DNA of 64,000 nt from an uncultured delta proteobacterium (GTDB lineage Bacteria; Desulfobacterota; Desulfomonilia; UBA1062): the NCBI GenBank assembly GCA_963785235.1, contig CAWAUM010000012.1, positions 96,001 to 160,000 of the forward strand. The letters run 5' to 3'. The translations under genes were made by a program, and so were the position numbers. Positions 61,401-64,000 of this stretch are shown one piece after another (the stretch's first letter is position 1; each line of letters begins with the position of its first letter). The notes beneath the pieces were generated by a model. It did not search any database and was not told the origin of the DNA. It saw only the letters and a program-made list of their open reading frames with translations.

Positions 61401-64000
61401 AGCGTGAATGCCGCCTGGGCGATGCTCCATCCGGCCGCGCGTACTGAGGCTGAGAGGTGCTGGCCCAGCAGCACATCTCGCGGCTTCCGGCACATTTCAA
61501 GAACCGATGCAACCATGGGCTGAACCAGGAGGATCCCGATCAACATGAGGGTCCAGAGCCAGGCTGGTGTCAAGACGGTCCAGGAAAGCAGGAACAGCAG
61601 GGTCAATGCCACAGGCACGAGACTGCGGCGCAGGTTGTCTAAGATCTTCCATTGGGACAGCACCGTCAGCGGATTCTTCTCACGATGCCCGTCTTGAACC
61701 GGTACACGGGACAACAGCCACCGCGCAATCTGCCAATCACCGCGGATCCACCGATACCGGCGATTCACGTCCGTGCTGTAGCGAGATGGATATTCCTCGT
61801 AGAGCAGTACATCAGAGAGCAACCCCGAACGGGCATAGCACCCTTCCACAAGGTCGTGGCTGAGGATTTTGTTCTCGGGAAAGCGCCCACGAAGGGCCAG
61901 TTCGAAAGCATCTACATCATAGATTCCCTTGCCGATGAACGAACCCTCACCGAATACATCCTGGTAAATATCGGATACGACGCGGGTATACGGATCAATG
62001 CCCGGATCGCTTCCATACAGCCTGGCATACCACGATTGGTTCGTGCCCGGAATGCTCACGGCCACACGCGGCTGCAGGATGCCATACCCAACACTCACCC
62101 GCTGCATTTTATTGTCATAGAGCGCCCGGTTCAACGGATGAGCCATGGCTGCCACAAACTGCCTGGCTGATTCGCGCGGGAGCCCTGTATCCGTGTCTAA
62201 GGTAATCACATACCTGACGTCCTGTAACAGGTCCGTATTCCCGATAACGAGCGAGAAGCGATCCTTTGAACCCCCGCGTAGAAGCGAATTTAAATCCGCA
62301 AGCTTCCCCCGCTTACGCTCGTAGCCCATCCAGATGCGCTCCTGCGGGTTCCACAGGCGCGCTCGGTGAAAGAGGAAGAACGTGTCGGCCTTGGTGTCCC
62401 GATACTTTTCGTTCAACTCTTGAATTTTATTACCCACCAGCCGCACCAGGGATTCATCGGGTGGTAAAGTTTCCTCCTGTGCGTCAATGAAATCAGTCAG
62501 CAGGCCGAAGTGGAGGTTATCGTCACGATTTGCCAGGAACCTGACTTCGAGCGCCTCGACAAGATTTTCAATGTGCTGGACGCTTCCAAGCATGGTAGGT
62601 ATCACCACCAGGGTGTGGAATTCAGGAGGAATTCCTTCGGAGAAGTCCATACGCGGCAGGGAATGCGGCGTAACCAGCAATGTCGCCAGCCAGTTCACCA
62701 ACGCGTTAGCAAGATGGCTTGTGCATAAAACCAAGAGGATACCGGTCAGCATGAGGAGCCGTCCATGCAACCCTTCAGCATGGGCCTTCGCCAGCAGACT
62801 TAAGGTAAAAATCGCAGTCATCAGCGTTATCGAGCCTAGATAGAGAAGCAAAGGAAATCGGCTGCTCGTTCTTCGTAAGGTCTCTGCTGTGGATATGCGC
62901 ATCTGCGACATTTGTTCGAGCAGCGGCAAGCCCTTGTCGATCAGATAGAACCCGACATGTGCCTTTCGATCGTTATCGCCGCCATTTGCAGCGCCATCGT
63001 GCGCCAGTTGGATCGCATGCCTTGCAACCTCTTCTTCGGAAATCAGGCTGTTCTTCGCTATCTTCTCAACCACGTGACGGTATCGATCACGGGTGGCAAA
63101 ATCCATCTTGGGGTAGAATCCGGAAGGATCCTCCTGCAGTATCTGCTCGACAAAGCTCCTCATCTCGACGAATTCTTGCCAGTCAATGGCGCTTAAGAGC
63201 CGGAGACTGCCGATACTGTTGCTGATGGAGACCTGGTCGGAGGCCTGTTGCTGGGCCTCCAACTGAACCAACTGCTCAATGGTCAGGCCGGGTTCAAAGA
63301 GCCACTGCTCGATCCAGGTGAGCGGCAACGCCAGGGCAGGGCCCTGACCCTGCAGACGACGCGCAAGTTCTGCAACAAATGAGCTCGACTGTGGCGGTTT
63401 CGAACGCGCCATGTCCGCGATCACCATGATCAGGCTCTTCGGGTCCTTCTCGGCGATCGCTGTCATCTTGTCCGCCCATGAGTCGGCCAGGTTCCGATCG
63501 AGTCTGTCAGCGGCGACCCGAGCCCCAACGCGCCGCAGATTCTCGATCAGTGCAAGGCGCAGCATGATGGGTATTGCCCACAATTCGCCCAACTTCAGCG
63601 CTGTGACCTGCTGATAGGCTGCAATGAAACTGCTGAGGCTTCCCTGATCCACCCGTCCATCGCCGTGTGAGATCGTCTCCAGGGCGATATCATACACGCG
63701 CGGAAGCCCGGTCGATGGGCCGTTCAATAAGCGTGGCAGTTCGCGGCTGTAACCCTTAGGCAAATGTTTTTTGGCTGTGCGAATCTGCTCTTTTATCAGG
63801 TAGAAATTATCAAGCAGCCATTCCCCGGCCGGCGCAACCCGGCGATTCGCCTTTACGGCCGAAGTCAGCAGGTTGCAGATTTCAATCAGGACGCCTTCAT
63901 TTTCGGTCAGTCTCGACAGAAGCTGTTCCGGAGCACGTTTCTTCGTCACCTTATGCGAGTCCGCAAGCGCCCTTCCATGCTCCCTCATCTGGTCACGGCT
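55412..64000 (-). CDS. ndvB: Cyclic beta-1,2-glucan synthase Cgs/NdvB (GT84 plus GH94); 5' end outside the window
   Basis: EWLLDNFY, ERKRGK, SHD, RWIRGDWQ, YDLLASEARL, GFRDQLQD, GDWNDG, ENGGQYTH. Confidence 0.95.
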   Translation of the reverse strand, partial: SRDQMREHGRALADSHKVTKKRAPEQLLSRLTENEGVLIEICNLLTSAVKANRRVAPAGEWLLDNFYLIKEQIRTAKKHLPKGYSRELPRLLNGPSTGLPRVYDIALETISHGDGRVDQGSLSSFIAAYQQVTALKLGELWAIPIMLRLALIENLRRVGARVAADRLDRNLADSWADKMTAIAEKDPKSLIMVIADMARSKPPQSSSFVAELARRLQGQGPALALPLTWIEQWLFEPGLTIEQLVQLEAQQQASDQVSISNSIGSLRLLSAIDWQEFVEMRSFVEQILQEDPSGFYPKMDFATRDRYRHVVEKIAKNSLISEEEVARHAIQLAHDGAANGGDNDRKAHVGFYLIDKGLPLLEQMSQMRISTAETLRRTSSRFPLLLYLGSITLMTAIFTLSLLAKAHAEGLHGRLLMLTGILLVLCTSHLANALVNWLATLLVTPHSLPRMDFSEGIPPEFHTLVVIPTMLGSVQHIENLVEALEVRFLANRDDNLHFGLLTDFIDAQEETLPPDESLVRLVGNKIQELNEKYRDTKADTFFLFHRARLWNPQERIWMGYERKRGKLADLNSLLRGGSKDRFSLVIGNTDLLQDVRYVITLDTDTGLPRESARQFVAAMAHPLNRALYDNKMQRVSVGYGILQPRVAVSIPGTNQSWYARLYGSDPGIDPYTRVVSDIYQDVFGEGSFIGKGIYDVDAFELALRGRFPENKILSHDLVEGCYARSGLLSDVLLYEEYPSRYSTDVNRRYRWIRGDWQIARWLLSRVPVQDGHREKNPLTVLSQWKILDNLRRSLVPVALTLLFLLSWTVLTPAWLWTLMLIGILLVQPMVASVLEMCRKPRDVLLGQHLSASVRAAGWSIAQAAFTLACLPYEAFFSLDAVLRTTWRLLITRKRLLEWNPLGNHDSRTNLLSSYLTMWFAPCIAFAAIIQLALFRTASLIYAWPILGLWFASPAVAWWISRPFARLQAQLSADQTIFLRKISRKTWAFFETFIGPDDNWLPPDSYQENRPEQVAHRTSPTNMGLSLLANIAAYDFGYIPVGQVLMRTENAIRTMQALERHRGHFYNWYDTQTLKPLPPFYISSVDSGNLGAHLLTLRSGLLALPDHKIVSPRLFEGLRDTIEILVDSGAAAASVPLARFRNDLANSRLSTLAEVRACLDRLTKSAEDMVRVLDVDPENESTWWATTLARQCHYALDELTFLAPWTALPDGSERLSDFKVMGEIPTLSQLASFDKELQRAIRQPQAANVTPEETGLLVKLRDLISEASFHAQERIGEIESLTRQLNELAHMEYGFLYDKTRHLLSIGYNIGENQRDSSFYDLLASEARLSCFVAIAQGQLPQESWFALGRLLTNVGGDPVLLSWDGSMFEYLMPLLIMPTYENTLLDRTYKAAVERQIEYGMHHGVLWGISESGYNMVDVHLNYQYRAFGVPGLGLKRGLAEDLVIAPYASALALMVAPEAACLNLQRLAQQGFAGRFGFFEAIDYTPSRQTRGQANAVVLAFMSHHQGMSLLALAYTLLDRPMQQRFESDPLFRSTTLLLQERVPKATSFYSHTTELSELRTTPAGPETPVRVFSSPDTPVPEVQLLSNPRYNVMVTNSGGGYSRWKDMAVTRWREDTTSDNWGTFCYIRDMESSEFWSSSYQPTLKQPKLYEVIFSEGRAEFRRRDNDIDMHTEIAVSPEDDIELRRVRITNRSRRHRTIEVTSYAEVVLAPPATDALHPAFSNLFVQTEILNQHRAILCTRRPRSKGDPVPWMFHLMAVHGAHTGEVSYETDRMRFIGRGNTLVNPQALRGSAALSGSDGSVLDPIVAIRHLVMLDPGKSATVDMVLGIAETRETALSLMEKYQDRRLADRVFDLAWTHSQVILRQLNITEADAQLYGRLAGSVIYANSSLRAEAGILIKNNRGQSGLWGYAISGDLPIVLLQIKDPSNIELVRQLVQAHAYWRLKGLIVDLVIWNEDHAGYRQLLHDQIMGLIAAGIEVNVTDRPGGIFVRLAEQISSEDRILFQTVARAIITDSHGALAEQLYRRGALEAALPLLNPTRTHRLEPKAVSALPRHDLNFFNGIGGFTPDGKEYVITTAQDQMTPAPWVNVLANPRFGSIISESGLAYTWSENAHEFRLTPWNNDIVGDLSGEAFYLRDEERGHFWSPMGLPSQGATPYVTRHGFGYSVFEHTERGIRSEVWVYVALDAAVKFTVLKVRNESGRSRRLSVTGYVEWVLGDLRPKSAMHVVTGIDPTSGALFARNPYNTEFAGRVAFFDVDDATRSVSGDRAEFIGRNGTLKNPAALKRTRLSNKVGAAFDPCAAIQVPFELAAGQEREIIFRLGTGLDVDDAVKLVNRFRGSVAARGELETLWQFWNQTHGAIQVETPDMAVNIMANGWLLYQTLVCRLWARSGYYQSGGAFGFRDQLQDVMALIHTKPHLVREHLLLCAAHQFREGDVQHWWHPPLSRGVRTHCSDDFLWLVMATCRYVLSTGDTGVLDEPVGFIEGRPVNQDEDSYYDLPAHSEVVAALYEHCVRAIVKGLNFGEHGLPLMGSGDWNDGMNLVGEHGRGESVWLAFFLYDVLMQFSEVARMHGDLSFVERCQREADQLRWNIEQSGWDGQWYRRAYFDDGTPLGSASNPECRIDSIAQSWSVLSGAGDPVRSRMAMKEVDQRLVRRDVGLIQLLDPPFDKSDLNPGYIKGYVPGVRENGGQYTHGAIWVTMALAALGDHAGAWELLAMINPINHARSAGEVNTYKVEPYVVAADVYALSPHTGRGGWSWYTGSAAWMYRLIVESLLGLKLDVDKLRFAPCLPVKGWETFKVLYRYRETFYHIIFQQTHDVLGEMLVELDGQVLKDKAIPLVDDHREHNVKVIIPAAVT

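Overview
Bacterial chromosomal window; gene content (T2SS, many PAS proteins, Fe-S proteins, glycyl radical enzyme) suggests an anaerobic deltaproteobacterium (inference). The centrepiece is a sedentary integron: intI (19395-20363, minus), attI at about 20523 and a 12-kb array of about 16 cassettes (20524-32521). Cassettes 2 and 3 encode a CphA-like subclass B2 metallo-beta-lactamase and a class D (OXA-type) beta-lactamase. They are followed by seven type II toxin-antitoxin modules with their own promoters, and attC sites decay with distance from attI. Other notable items: a 991-aa eliminase-type glycyl radical enzyme with an N-terminal SCP2-like domain, divergent from an atypical G3P-dehydrogenase homologue; an IS110/IS1111-like element whose ends rebuild a promoter on circularisation and which has a long non-coding right end (bridge/seekRNA candidate); and a four-copy covarying intergenic hairpin family. 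Housekeeping content includes degP, gspF-N, cspA, nifS-nifU-cysE, tex and a cyclic beta-1,2-glucan synthase. Patches of frameshifts (9.7-14.8 kb, 42.3-46.6 kb) are probably sequencing indels. No tRNA, rRNA or CRISPR array was seen. All assignments come from motif recognition by eye; no database searches were run.
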